Numbered from the stretch's first letter, positions 47,300 to 57,558 are shown. The stretch: DNA of 64,000 bases from Alkalispirochaeta sp. (GCA_965601925.1 OZ271854.1:4256001-4320000), one strand, 5' to 3'. Numbers and translations are program-made. Notes: a model not told the origin generated them from the sequence alone.

Positions 47300-50296
47300 T
47301 CAGATGCCGAGCCGTAGAGCGATCCTCCTGCGAAGTTCCACCAGAGGCGGATACCCCTGATTGTCGGCATGTTCCAACAGGCGTTCGACGATCGCTAAGG
47401 CCTGCAGCACGCCGCCTTGGCTGAATAGGGTCTCCGCGCGGCGATACTGCTGCTCGTCGGTCGTGGAGAGGGCGACGGTCGCCTGCCCGCCCAACTGGAT
47501 GCGTAGTTGATCCAGCAAAAACTTCGCGTCGTTGTTGTTCGGATTGAGATCGACCGCCTCTTCCAGGAGCGATACCGCGACGACGACCTGGTCGCGGCTG
47601 CCACCCGAGAGACCGCTCGCGCGCTGAAAGAGTTGCGACGCTTGGCCGACGCGCGCCTGATCGATGGGGTTCGGCCGTAGGTTAAGGGCTATCTCCAGCT
47701 GCCGAATACGCTCCTGTATGCCCGGGAAGTCGGGATTAATCTCCGCCAACACCTCAAGTTCGCCGTACACCTCAAGAGGTCCCTCCTGATCGAGACGCGC
47801 AATCGCCGCCTCGTAACGCGCCGTGAAGACGGCGTCAAAATCGTCGGTGTTTTGAATCTGTGCGATCCGGAGCTCCAGGATACGCGCGTCCCAGTTGAGG
47901 GGCCTTACGTCGCGCACGTTCCGGAGATTCTCGATCGCCCGTTCGAAGAACGCGTTTGCCCGCCGATTCTCTCCTCGCTCGAGCAATCGCTCCGCCTCGT
48001 TGAAGTCCTCACGCGCGATGCTGAGATAGTTGCTCAAAATGGGATAGAGGGGATCGGTAATGGCGAGCTCGCGCCCCTCTTCCAGACTTAACGCGGCGGT
48101 CACAAGGCGGAGAAGGCGATCGATCTCGGTATTGGCCGCGACATTGGTCTGCTCCCACGATTGTTGGGCGGCGAGGAGCGTGTCGCGTGCGCCGATGTAC
48201 TCGTCTTGGTTATACAAGTTTTCGGCTTGGATCAACAGTTCTCGTACTCGGCGGACGACGACGACATTCTCCAGCTCTTGGAGTTCCAAACCGACCTCGC
48301 GAATCGCCGTATCGGCGGCACGTCGCAGCACGGGATCCTCGCGTAACGTAAGGGCGGTCAAAAAGGCCTCCTGCGCGGCATTGTAGTTGTTGCGCGCCGC
48401 ATTTACCTGAAAGGCGGCGATCGCCGTTCTCGCGTCGACGACGCGTTGTGTCGCCTCCTGTTGGAGTGCCGCAGCGCGGTCGATGAGCGACTGCGCCTCT
48501 TCCACGCCCGCCGCCGTGCGCTCCCGAAGCTCGGTAATACGCGTCCCCAACGCATCGAGTCTCTCTATCTCACGCCGAACCGTACTCGAATCGACGATAT
48601 AGTCCGCGTCACCCGCGAGCTCTTCGCGTGCGCTCTGTTGCTCAGCGCTCAACCGTTCGACGATCCGGGAGACCGCCCGATATCCCTCCAAGGCGCGGTC
48701 GGGATAGCGTACGGTACGTATCGAGCCCTCCTCCCCCGGGACTTCCTCCTCGATACCCGCGGTAAGGGGCGCAAATTCGATCAACTCCATCTCCTGAGCC
48801 GCGGCGATATCGTCCAAGTCCTCCGTCTGAGCGGAGGAGATCGCAACGGCGAGCGACTGCTCGCCGGCTATCGTCCGATCGAGTCCGTCGGCCCATTGGA
48901 GGTGGCCTCCATCGACGAGTTCGTCGATCGTCTCGTTGCGATACGCGTCGGGAAGCCCGATGATAGTCGCAAGCGTCTCCTCGTATTCATCGCCCCCGCG
49001 ACGCAGTGATGTGACGGTCGCGCGCGTTGCTTCCTTCCGCTCTCGAAGGACGGCGAGCTCTACGGTACGATCGAGCGATTGCTCGGTGACGCTCGCCATG
49101 ACGGCGCTGTAGGCGGCAAGACTCTCAGCCACCGCGGCGACGGCGCGTGGGTGAATGATAACGTGCGCCTCCTCAGGATCGAGTCGTTCGAGAATCGTCT
49201 CGAGAGTGGGTTGCGGTTCAAATACGCCGGCGAGAGCCGCCGCCGCCTGTTCCCAAAGTGCCGCCGCCGCGATCGCCGTCCGGTAGCTCTCGCCCGCCGC
49301 ATCGAACCGCTCTGCCGCGACCGCATCGTCGGCGATCCGCAAAAGATCGGCCGTGCGAGTACGGCCGGCGTCGGCCAACGGACCGATCGTGCCTCGATAC
49401 GCGCCCTCGATCGCGCTCACGATCCCCTCGTCTCCCCGATACTCGTTGCGACCCCGGGCAATAAAGTCCTGAAAGTTGAGATACCAGTCGACCGGATCGT
49501 CGGGAAATTGAAGCGGCACTTGCGACTTGATGACGGCAATACCCCGGGCTACCTCGTCGGCGGATGCGAGAATGCCGATGATACGACGCGCCTCATCGAA
49601 CAGGGGTGCGAGATCCCCCCGATTCAGAGACAACACGTCATCCCCCGCCGAGGCGAGGACGGCGCCGCCGGCCGCCTCGTAGGAGGGAAGCGCCTCAAAA
49701 AACTCCTCCGTTACCGCAGAAAGGTTCGCTACAGCCTGATTCACGGAGTTGACGAAGATATCGCCGTAGCCGCGCGCATCGAAGCGATCGCGCTGGAGAT
49801 CGCGTAGCTGAAGATACAAAGCGACGGCTCCGGTATAGTCGCCGCCGTCCAACAAGAGCCGCGCCTCGTCCATTTGCTCCTGGACGACGCTGCGGTCGAA
49901 GGCGAGTTGGGCCACGATACGCGCGTCCTGTACCTGCTCGACGACGCGTTCGTTGGGAAACTCATCGAGCGCTTCCATACGGTCGATAATCTCCAGCGTG
50001 CGTTCGATATCGTCGGGATTGTTCACGAGATTGTCGATCAGCTCTTCAAAGAGTACGTTGTACTCACCGCGAATCTGACGAATCGTACGCATGAGCGCCT
50101 CGGACTCCTGGATACGTTCCGGGTCCTCGCGCACCGTCTGCTCAAGGAGGAGAATCGCTTCGTTTATTCGGTTTTCCGAGATCAACTCTCGCGCCTGTCG
50201 AATCGGGTCCTCTTGCCGACCGGCCGCGGCAAGTGGTAGCGCGAGTGAGAGGAATATGATGCAAGTAAAAAGGTACGAGCGAAACGTTTTTTTCAT
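47300..50296 (-). CDS. Large exported alpha-helical/TPR-like protein
   Basis: Signal peptide MKKTFRSY...AAA; TPR-like segments (EAVDLNPNNNDAKFLL). Confidence 0.8.
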   Translation of the reverse strand: MKKTFRSYLFTCIIFLSLALPLAAAGRQEDPIRQARELISENRINEAILLLEQTVREDPERIQESEALMRTIRQIRGEYNVLFEELIDNLVNNPDDIERTLEIIDRMEALDEFPNERVVEQVQDARIVAQLAFDRSVVQEQMDEARLLLDGGDYTGAVALYLQLRDLQRDRFDARGYGDIFVNSVNQAVANLSAVTEEFFEALPSYEAAGGAVLASAGDDVLSLNRGDLAPLFDEARRIIGILASADEVARGIAVIKSQVPLQFPDDPVDWYLNFQDFIARGRNEYRGDEGIVSAIEGAYRGTIGPLADAGRTRTADLLRIADDAVAAERFDAAGESYRTAIAAAALWEQAAAALAGVFEPQPTLETILERLDPEEAHVIIHPRAVAAVAESLAAYSAVMASVTEQSLDRTVELAVLRERKEATRATVTSLRRGGDEYEETLATIIGLPDAYRNETIDELVDGGHLQWADGLDRTIAGEQSLAVAISSAQTEDLDDIAAAQEMELIEFAPLTAGIEEEVPGEEGSIRTVRYPDRALEGYRAVSRIVERLSAEQQSAREELAGDADYIVDSSTVRREIERLDALGTRITELRERTAAGVEEAQSLIDRAAALQQEATQRVVDARTAIAAFQVNAARNNYNAAQEAFLTALTLREDPVLRRAADTAIREVGLELQELENVVVVRRVRELLIQAENLYNQDEYIGARDTLLAAQQSWEQTNVAANTEIDRLLRLVTAALSLEEGRELAITDPLYPILSNYLSIAREDFNEAERLLERGENRRANAFFERAIENLRNVRDVRPLNWDARILELRIAQIQNTDDFDAVFTARYEAAIARLDQEGPLEVYGELEVLAEINPDFPGIQERIRQLEIALNLRPNPIDQARVGQASQLFQRASGLSGGSRDQVVVAVSLLEEAVDLNPNNNDAKFLLDQLRIQLGGQATVALSTTDEQQYRRAETLFSQGGVLQALAIVERLLEHADNQGYPPLVELRRRIALRLGI

Positions 50297-50390
50297 CCCT
50301 TCCCGACTCCAATGTATCACGGAGAGCGATACGACAGCTACTCGCGCAAAACGATGCTATATATAGAATAATCGGCATAGAAGCGATAGA

Positions 50391-51668
50391 ATGAAATCAG
50401 GAGACCGATTGAAACGGCGACTTCTTTCGACCATTGTCATCGCGATACTCGCCGTGGAATTCAGCGTAGCCGCCGGTCTGTCGGAAGACTCCTTCAGCGA
50501 TTGGTATGGAGACATTGCAGATATTACCTCGTCGGAGGATATCGAGAATACCGGTCTTACCGTGTTTCCCACCCTCACCATTCCCATGGGTGGTGAATAT
50601 GAGGCGTTGGGCAGCGCCTATACCGCCGGCGCCCGGGACGTCACCTTTCTCGAAGCCAATCCGGCGGCGAGCGCCAATCTTACCGATACCGAACTGGCCT
50701 TTTTTCACAACAACTTGATCGCCGATACAAATATGGAGGGCGTCGCCTACACGACGCGTATCGAGGACTTCGGAGTCGGGGCGGGAGGTAAGTTCCTGCA
50801 CGTCCCGTTTACCGAGTACGGCGACTTCGGCGAGCAACTCGGTACCGCGCGCTATATCGAAGCGGTCATCGCGGCCAACGCGTCCTACAACTTCTTCGAC
50901 AGTTTCTATTTCGACGGGGTTTCGGCGGGGGCGAATCTCAAGGTTGCCTACCGCAGCATTCCCGAGACGATTGCGCCGAACCAGTCGGCCGCAGGCGTCA
51001 TGGTCGATCTGGGTCTCCTGCATCGCTTTAATTTTCTCAAGTTCTATCCGTCCAGATCGCGAAACGTCTCCGTCGGAACGACCCTACGTAACTTCGGACC
51101 AACCGTGTTGGACGAGCCGCTGCCGGCGAGTTGGACCACCGGTCTGGGATACTCGCCGTTGCGCCCGTTGTTACTCACCTTCGACGTGAGCGTGCCGATG
51201 ACACCCTTTTCGTCGGTTCCGACCGAACCGGTAAGCTACGCCTCGGGTATGGCGGTCACCGTGACGGAGTTTTTTATCATGCGAGGCGGTTTTCAGCTGC
51301 GCGGCGGCAATCCCCGAATCACCATGGGCGGCGGCGTCGACATTCAAAATATGACTATCACGGTGAATTACACCCTGGATATGACGACTCAGCTCAGCGC
51401 GTTCGACCGTTTCAGTCTCCAGTTGGGCTTTGCGTTCGGCGACCGCGGGCGCGGGCAGCGTCAAGACCAGGTGCGCAACCTGTATCTCGATGCCCTGCAG
51501 GCATTTGCAAACGGCGATCTGGAACGAACGATCGAACTCACCGCCCAGGCGTTGGAACTCGATCCGTCGTTTCAGCCCGCCTCGGAAACGCTACAGATGG
51601 CGCGGCGCATGCTCGACCTGCAACGGCAAATGGACGCGATCCAAACGGGCGAGGATCTCGAAAACTGA
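50391..51668 (+). CDS. UPF0164 family (FadL/PorV-like) outer-membrane protein with C-terminal TPR
   Basis: ENTGLTVFPTLTIPMGG.YEALG.AYTA...D..F.EANPAAS, HNN.IAD; GDRGR then TPR (ALELDPSFQPA). Confidence 0.85.
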   Translation: MKSGDRLKRRLLSTIVIAILAVEFSVAAGLSEDSFSDWYGDIADITSSEDIENTGLTVFPTLTIPMGGEYEALGSAYTAGARDVTFLEANPAASANLTDTELAFFHNNLIADTNMEGVAYTTRIEDFGVGAGGKFLHVPFTEYGDFGEQLGTARYIEAVIAANASYNFFDSFYFDGVSAGANLKVAYRSIPETIAPNQSAAGVMVDLGLLHRFNFLKFYPSRSRNVSVGTTLRNFGPTVLDEPLPASWTTGLGYSPLRPLLLTFDVSVPMTPFSSVPTEPVSYASGMAVTVTEFFIMRGGFQLRGGNPRITMGGGVDIQNMTITVNYTLDMTTQLSAFDRFSLQLGFAFGDRGRGQRQDQVRNLYLDALQAFANGDLERTIELTAQALELDPSFQPASETLQMARRMLDLQRQMDAIQTGEDLEN

Positions 51669-51681
51669 CGTTCTGCAGCGG

Positions 51682-52485
51682 TTATCGATCTTTTCGGCGT
51701 CCGAACGACCGCAGCCACCCGGTGAAAGTACGGTTTATTGGAGAGTTCGCTATCGGACCGCGACCGGGCACCCTCTCACCGCGCGCAGTTCCCGTTAGCT
51801 CACGATCCGATAAGACGATGTAGGCCAACGCGTCGGTCGCCTCCAAAGCCGTGGTATCGCGCGAAACGCGGCGCAGAATGACCGGTCCGAACACTCCGTA
51901 ACAGTAGTACTGCGCCCCGTTGAGGATCACCGGCCCCGGGTCACCGCCCGTTACCAGCGTGGTCGCTATCGACCGGATCGACGGAACGCACCGTGTCGCC
52001 AACGAGTCGGTTTCATCGTCGGCGTCGTCGGCCGCCTCACGGCTGCGATAATGGAGGCGTCCTTGAGCGCCCAGTACAATAATTTTGTGATCGGAGAGAT
52101 CGATAAGATGTTCAATGAGCGCCGCTTGCGCCTCAATGCGGCCCTTCTTCAGAAGCGTCGAACGGCGCAGGAGGCGGTAGTACTCCTGGATCGCCGTTCC
52201 CAACGATCCGAGATTTCCCTCTTCGAGCGCATCTTTGTCCGACGCCAGCCGTAACAGTTCGCGTTCCACGGCTCGGTTGAGCCGCGTAAGCCTCGCCGGA
52301 AGGACAATGAGTGCAACGACCGTACCGATGAGTATCGCGGCGGCGGCCTCCAGTGCGATCGAGCGGTTGGCATCGGCGAATATGACAAGCGCCGACGCCG
52401 CAGCGACCGCAAGGATGAACAGGACTTGCGCCACCCGGATCATGCGTCGGGAGATAAGCAAGGTGCGTCGGCTCATCTCATCCAC
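51682..52485 (-). CDS. Hypothetical membrane protein
   Basis: Two N-terminal TM helices; last gene of ktr operon. Confidence 0.65.
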   Translation of the reverse strand: MDEMSRRTLLISRRMIRVAQVLFILAVAAASALVIFADANRSIALEAAAAILIGTVVALIVLPARLTRLNRAVERELLRLASDKDALEEGNLGSLGTAIQEYYRLLRRSTLLKKGRIEAQAALIEHLIDLSDHKIIVLGAQGRLHYRSREAADDADDETDSLATRCVPSIRSIATTLVTGGDPGPVILNGAQYYCYGVFGPVILRRVSRDTTALEATDALAYIVLSDRELTGTARGERVPGRGPIANSPINRTFTGWLRSFGRRKDR

Positions 52486-53191
52486 CCTCGACGATGCGGT
52501 GAATATCCTCCGACCGTCCTATGACCAACAGTCGATCTCCCTCCTCAATGATCGTTCCGCCGTCGGGCAGGATAAACCGTGCATACGCGACGTCCAGACC
52601 GCCCTCGGAAACGCCCTCCTCGACGCGCCGAACGCCGACGATGTTGATACCGTAGCGTCGACGGACGTCAAGCTGTTGCAACGAATGACCCGGAAACGAG
52701 TGCGGTGCATCGACGACGACGAACGAAAACCCGTCGTCGAGCTCCGCAAGACGCTCTATGCCGCTGTGGGCGATCGTCGCCGCCAACCGCACCGCCGCGT
52801 CTTGCTCGGGGTTGATCATCATCGTTACGCCCAACTTCTCCAAGATTCGTCGGTGCGTTCGCGACATGGCGCGAGCGTAGATGCTCTCGATGCCCATGTC
52901 TTGGACGTTGAGTGTCGCGATCACATTGCTCTCGGTGTTCTCGCCTATCGCGATTACCACGCACTCGCACGATTGTAGTCCCGCCTCGTCGAGCACGGCC
53001 GGGTCGGTCACGTCTCCGATGACGGCGCGATCTACGACGTCCCGTATCGCATTGACGTGCTCCTCGACGTGGTCGACGGCGATAACCTCGACGTCGGCCC
53101 GCCTGAACGCACGGCATAACGACTGGCCGAACGTACCCAGGCCGAGCACGCCGACGGTCTGTAATTCGCTCACCTTCGTATCTCCCCCCAC
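52478..53191 (-). CDS. ktrA: TrkA/KtrA family K+ uptake regulatory subunit
   Basis: GLGTFG, GDVTD...L..AG, RCK-C domain. Confidence 0.9.
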   Translation of the reverse strand: MGGDTKVSELQTVGVLGLGTFGQSLCRAFRRADVEVIAVDHVEEHVNAIRDVVDRAVIGDVTDPAVLDEAGLQSCECVVIAIGENTESNVIATLNVQDMGIESIYARAMSRTHRRILEKLGVTMMINPEQDAAVRLAATIAHSGIERLAELDDGFSFVVVDAPHSFPGHSLQQLDVRRRYGINIVGVRRVEEGVSEGGLDVAYARFILPDGGTIIEEGDRLLVIGRSEDIHRIVEGG

Positions 53192-53201
53192 TTCATTCCG
53201 A

Positions 53202-54560
53202 TTATCCGATCGTCAGTACGCCTTCGGGCACGCGTATGTCGGCTCCGCCGCGCTCGGGACGAAATGCCGCGAGAAGTGTCAGCGGCCCGAGCCTACCGAC
53301 GAACATCAACAGTATCACAACTGCGCGCCCCGGATCGCTCAGGTGCGGCGTAAGTCCCGCGCTCAGCCCGACCGTTCCGAGGGCCGAGACCACCTCGAAC
53401 ATGATCGACTCCAACGGCGCATCTTCGGTAATGGAGAGGACGACGCTCGCTGCAAGCGCGACCAGCACACCCGAAACGACCAAGACCATCGCCTGCGTGA
53501 TGAGCCGTCCCGACAGGCGACGGTTGAATATCCAAGCGTCGTGGCGGCGGGAAAAAAAACGTCTGAAATCGGCAAAAAGCGCCGCCACGGTGCCGATCTT
53601 GACGCCCCCCGCCGTTCCGCCCGAGGCGGCGCCGATAAACATGAAGGGAATCATCACTAGCAAGGTCGCGCGATTGAGAGAGGCGAAGGGCACGGTGTTG
53701 AATCCGGCGGTACGCAACGTTACGGACTGGAAGATCGCAGCAAGATACTTCCGGGGAAGCGTCATGCCTACGAAACTTCGCTGTCCCTCGATGAGATAGA
53801 TAAGTATCGCTCCCGAGACGATCAAGGCGCCCGTGCCGTAGAGCGCTACCCGTGCCGAGAGCGAACGGGGAGGACGGAGCCGCCTGAGCCGGAAGGTTCG
53901 GTGTGCCTCGCCGCGGAGGACCGTAATCGTACCGAACCCGATGCCCCCGGCAACGATGAGCGCCATCACCGTCAAATTGACGACCGGTGCGTATACAAAC
54001 CGCTCTAGACTGTCGGAGAAGAGCGCAAAGCCGGCGTTACAGAAGGCCGATACGGCGTGAAAGAGCCCGTACCACGCCGCCTGGAAAACGCCGTCCGTGT
54101 GTGAGTACATTGCCGCGGCGAGCAGCGCCGTTCCGGCCAGCTCGAACCCCACCGTTACCACAAGCATACGCCGCAACTGTACGCCGAGTGAGCTGTAGTT
54201 GTTCTCGTTCAACATGAATGAGAGAAGCTCCGCCTCACCCAATGAGAAGCGTTTGCGCACCAAAAAGACGGTCGCCATGGTGAAGACCATGATCCCCAGT
54301 CCACCGATCTGAATCAAAAGCAAAATCACGCCGTGCCCGAAGGGCGAGAATACCGTCGCGGTGTCCACCACGATCAGCCCCGTGACGCACACCGCGGAGA
54401 CGGCCGTAAAGAGCGCGGCTCCGAACGGTAGTGGAACGCCGTCGGCGGCGGCAATAGGGAGCGACAGAAGTGCCGCGCCCACGAGCGCCACGGACACAAA
54501 TGAGAGACTGACCAACCGTGCCGGTCGTCGCCACAGGAGGCGTATAATGAGTGTTACCAT
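53202..54560 (-). CDS. ktrB: TrkH/KtrB family K+ (Na+) uptake membrane subunit
   Basis: SAVCVTGL, SAFCNAGF, RTAGF, GTAGGVK, SALGTVGLS, GRLGP. Confidence 0.93.
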   Translation of the reverse strand: MVTLIIRLLWRRPARLVSLSFVSVALVGAALLSLPIAAADGVPLPFGAALFTAVSAVCVTGLIVVDTATVFSPFGHGVILLLIQIGGLGIMVFTMATVFLVRKRFSLGEAELLSFMLNENNYSSLGVQLRRMLVVTVGFELAGTALLAAAMYSHTDGVFQAAWYGLFHAVSAFCNAGFALFSDSLERFVYAPVVNLTVMALIVAGGIGFGTITVLRGEAHRTFRLRRLRPPRSLSARVALYGTGALIVSGAILIYLIEGQRSFVGMTLPRKYLAAIFQSVTLRTAGFNTVPFASLNRATLLVMIPFMFIGAASGGTAGGVKIGTVAALFADFRRFFSRRHDAWIFNRRLSGRLITQAMVLVVSGVLVALAASVVLSITEDAPLESIMFEVVSALGTVGLSAGLTPHLSDPGRAVVILLMFVGRLGPLTLLAAFRPERGGADIRVPEGVLTIG

Positions 54561-55534
54561 AATCGCCCCGCGCGGCGAATGACCGTCATCGTCGCGAGTC
54601 CGTCGTCGGCGCCCGAACGCGACTCGGCCGACGGATTGACGCGCAGCCGGACCGCCTCGGCCGCCATACCGGCAAAATAGCCGGTCGGCTCGGGCACCTG
54701 CACACCCATGCTTCGCAGCGAGCGGTATCCCGAATAGAACGGGCTCGGTCTACTCCGCCGCCACTCGCATATGCCGTTTCCTACCCTGATCTCTCCCGCC
54801 TGAAAACTGAGGGTGAGCTCGAGGTGCAGGTAATCTCGCTCGGCTCCGACCTCCAGCAGCACGGGAACGTCCCGTTCCGCGAGGCGGCCGTGCAAAAAGA
54901 CCGATGACGCGGCGGACCGATAGCGCCCTACTCGTCTCCGTAGCATAATCCGGTCGTCGGTCAGATAGTGGACGGCATCGACGAGGTGCGTCCCGTCGTG
55001 GAGAAAGACGCGATCGTGTCGCGCCGTACGTCCGAAAAAGAGGCGTGCCGCGACGGTAAGGAGGGTACCGAAGCGCTCCGAGGCGATCGCGTCACGCGCC
55101 GCGACGTAATCGCGTGAAAAGCGTCGCTCGTGGTTGACGACGATCCGCGTCGAGCCGTCGCGTTCCAGGCGGGCGATCCGACGCGCCGAGGCGACCGAAT
55201 GCGCCACCGGCTTCTCGCACACTACCACCGGTATATCCGCGCGAACCGCTTGGGTCACGTATCGCTCATGGCTGTCGGGATGGGTCGCCACCACGAGGAT
55301 ATCGGGCTCGACGGTACGGATCATCTCCTCGCAGGAGCCGAACCCGGGCGCGTTCCACCGCTCGGCGAACGCCGCCGTTCGGCTCTCCTCGATATCGAAG
55401 CCGCCGGCGATGACACAATCGGGGCGTGCGGCGAACGCACCGGCGTGACTCGCCGGTTTTTCGCGTCGCGGATCGTCTTCCAGCAGCGACGCGATGCGGC
55501 CGAGCCCGACTACGGCGACGCGATACGGCTCCAT
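54554..55534 (-). CDS. Gfo/Idh/MocA family oxidoreductase
   Basis: VVGLGRI, CEKP, NHERRF, HDGTH. Confidence 0.9.
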   Translation of the reverse strand: MEPYRVAVVGLGRIASLLEDDPRREKPASHAGAFAARPDCVIAGGFDIEESRTAAFAERWNAPGFGSCEEMIRTVEPDILVVATHPDSHERYVTQAVRADIPVVVCEKPVAHSVASARRIARLERDGSTRIVVNHERRFSRDYVAARDAIASERFGTLLTVAARLFFGRTARHDRVFLHDGTHLVDAVHYLTDDRIMLRRRVGRYRSAASSVFLHGRLAERDVPVLLEVGAERDYLHLELTLSFQAGEIRVGNGICEWRRSRPSPFYSGYRSLRSMGVQVPEPTGYFAGMAAEAVRLRVNPSAESRSGADDGLATMTVIRRAGRLW

Positions 55535-55548
55535 AGACACCGACGCCC

Positions 55549-56130
55549 CTACCGGAGGTCTCGCACGTCGGTCACCATCATTCCCGCCGCGTTCGCCGCC
55601 TCGATACCCCAGACGCTATCTTCGAATACCTGACAGTGCGCCGGCGGAACTTCCAGCCGCGCCGCGCATTCCAGAAAGACGTCCGGCGCCGGCTTCGGGC
55701 GTTCGACCTCATCGACGGTAACCAACGTCTGAAAGAGCGAGGAGAGGCCGGTCGAGCGTAGAACGATGTTCGAAATGCCGAAATGCTCGTTTGTGGCGAC
55801 TCCGATGGGGAGTGTTCCCAGGTACCGGTGTACGATATCCAGCACGGCGCCGATCGGTTGAATCAAGGGGGTGTGTCGCACGAAGGCTTGATCTTTGGCC
55901 GTGGCGATCTCGTCTCCCGGGAGCGATCTCCCGAACTCATGTTCCAAAAACGCGACGATATCGGGACTGGTTCGCCCGCCGACGCGGTCGAAGAGCTCAC
56001 GGGTCATGTCGATATCGTACGGCTCCATGGTCTCGCGCCAAGCCTGCCAGTGGACCTCCATCGTATCGACCAACGTCCCGTCCATATCGAAAATAAGCGC
56101 CCTGGCCTCATCCGATACGACGGCGTTCAT
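55549..56130 (-). CDS. HAD family phosphatase (beta-PGM/YqaB-like)
   Basis: FDMDGTLVDT, KPAPD, FEDS..G..AA..AGM. Confidence 0.92.
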   Translation of the reverse strand: MNAVVSDEARALIFDMDGTLVDTMEVHWQAWRETMEPYDIDMTRELFDRVGGRTSPDIVAFLEHEFGRSLPGDEIATAKDQAFVRHTPLIQPIGAVLDIVHRYLGTLPIGVATNEHFGISNIVLRSTGLSSLFQTLVTVDEVERPKPAPDVFLECAARLEVPPAHCQVFEDSVWGIEAANAAGMMVTDVRDLR

Positions 56131-57356
56131 ACCTTCAATCTCCCGTTCTCCATGATCACCCGTGTCGATCCGTCGGCGAGCGTCGCCTCGACACGCATCG
56201 CGTCGCTTCCGATCATCACATCGGTATGCTGTTGACTCCGACTCGCGCCGACTGCGTCGAGTTCGTCCTCACTCATCGACGAGCCGCCCTCAATGCAGGT
56301 CGGATAGGCAAACCCGAGAGCAAAGTGTGAGGCTGCGTTTTCATCCAGGAGGATGGTCTCAAAGACGCGATTGGACCGTGCGATCGGCGAGGCTACGTCG
56401 ACCAGCGCGATTTCGCCCATCCGGCGACTTCCGGCGTCAACGGCGAAGTACGCCTCCAGTACATCGCGACCGCGCTCGGCGCCGAACTCGACCACCTCAC
56501 CGTTTTTGAACACGAACCACGCACCCTCGACGAGAGCCTCAAAAATACGCACCGGCTTGGTGATCGTCGCACGTCCCTCGACGCCGGGCGCGTACGGTGT
56601 CGTGTAGACCTCCTCGGTGGGAACGTTGGGCAGAAAGGGAATACCGCTCTGCGTTACCGAACCGCCGCCGTGCCATCGCGCCTTCTCGTGCAGAGGGACG
56701 CGGAGGTCGGTCCCGTCGGCGAGGAAGTGCAGCTCTCGCACCCGGAGCCCGTCCAACGTGCGGCAACGCGCCTTTAGGGTCTCGCCGTGGCTCTCCCAAT
56801 AGTGCGCCGGATCGTCCTCGTGTAGGCGCAGAATCGGAGTCAGCACCTTCCATAGCGCGAGTAGCGCCTCGTCACCGACGGGCATGTCGAGTACCCGCGC
56901 CGCCCACGCCGGAGTGGGCGCCGCCATCACGGTCCACTGCGACTCGTCGTTGGCGAGTGCCCGGCGAAGGGGGAGGTCCACCTTTCCGAAGGCGGCGGAA
57001 ACGCGACTTGAGCGCGTCGGATCGATGCCGTCGAGAGCCGCCGGATCGGCCGGACTCTTGATCGCCAAAAGCGCCCACGTGTCGCCGACCATCTCCTCGT
57101 TGCGCGCGGCGCGGTATGTGGGGGTGAAGTCGAGAAACTCTTCCCGGCTGTGATCGACGCGAGCGCGCAACAGGCGCGACGACTCGAGCCGTATGTCGAC
57201 GTAACCGGCGCCCCTACGATACGCCTCCTCGGCAACGGCGACGGCGGCGTCGATGTGCTCCGGCTCCATCTTGATACCGAGTCGCTGGCCGGGCTGTAGA
57301 TTGAGCGCGGTCATAGCGATCCGCGCAAAGTGTTGCAGGTAGTCTGTGAGCGTCAT
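56127..57356 (-). CDS. Aminopeptidase, M29 family (AmpS/PepS)
   Basis: NVPTEEVYT, GEIALV, DENAASHFALG.AY, H.DVMIG. Confidence 0.93.
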   Translation of the reverse strand: MTLTDYLQHFARIAMTALNLQPGQRLGIKMEPEHIDAAVAVAEEAYRRGAGYVDIRLESSRLLRARVDHSREEFLDFTPTYRAARNEEMVGDTWALLAIKSPADPAALDGIDPTRSSRVSAAFGKVDLPLRRALANDESQWTVMAAPTPAWAARVLDMPVGDEALLALWKVLTPILRLHEDDPAHYWESHGETLKARCRTLDGLRVRELHFLADGTDLRVPLHEKARWHGGGSVTQSGIPFLPNVPTEEVYTTPYAPGVEGRATITKPVRIFEALVEGAWFVFKNGEVVEFGAERGRDVLEAYFAVDAGSRRMGEIALVDVASPIARSNRVFETILLDENAASHFALGFAYPTCIEGGSSMSEDELDAVGASRSQQHTDVMIGSDAMRVEATLADGSTRVIMENGRLKV

Positions 57357-57437
57357 GGCGCCATCTTAGCACGGGCGTGGAAGACCTTGCATAGCGCTCG
57401 CATGCGCCTTCCCGGGGTTCTAGTAGTCGGGACCGGC

Positions 57438-57558
57438 CGTCGGTGTCGATCACTCAGCAGGCCCTACGGATGCGTTCCTCGTACCTGCGGTACGCATCCG
57501 CCGGGCCAGAAGTCGTGCTCGCCACCGTCGCCCGATCCCGGCGGGTTTTAGCCGGGGA
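57438..57558 (+). repeat. Dispersed repeat unit A with inserted REP-like hairpin
   Basis: Matches 8896..8985 apart from a 35-nt insertion containing GGATGCGTTCCTCG-TACCT-GCGGTACGCATCC. Confidence 0.75.
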
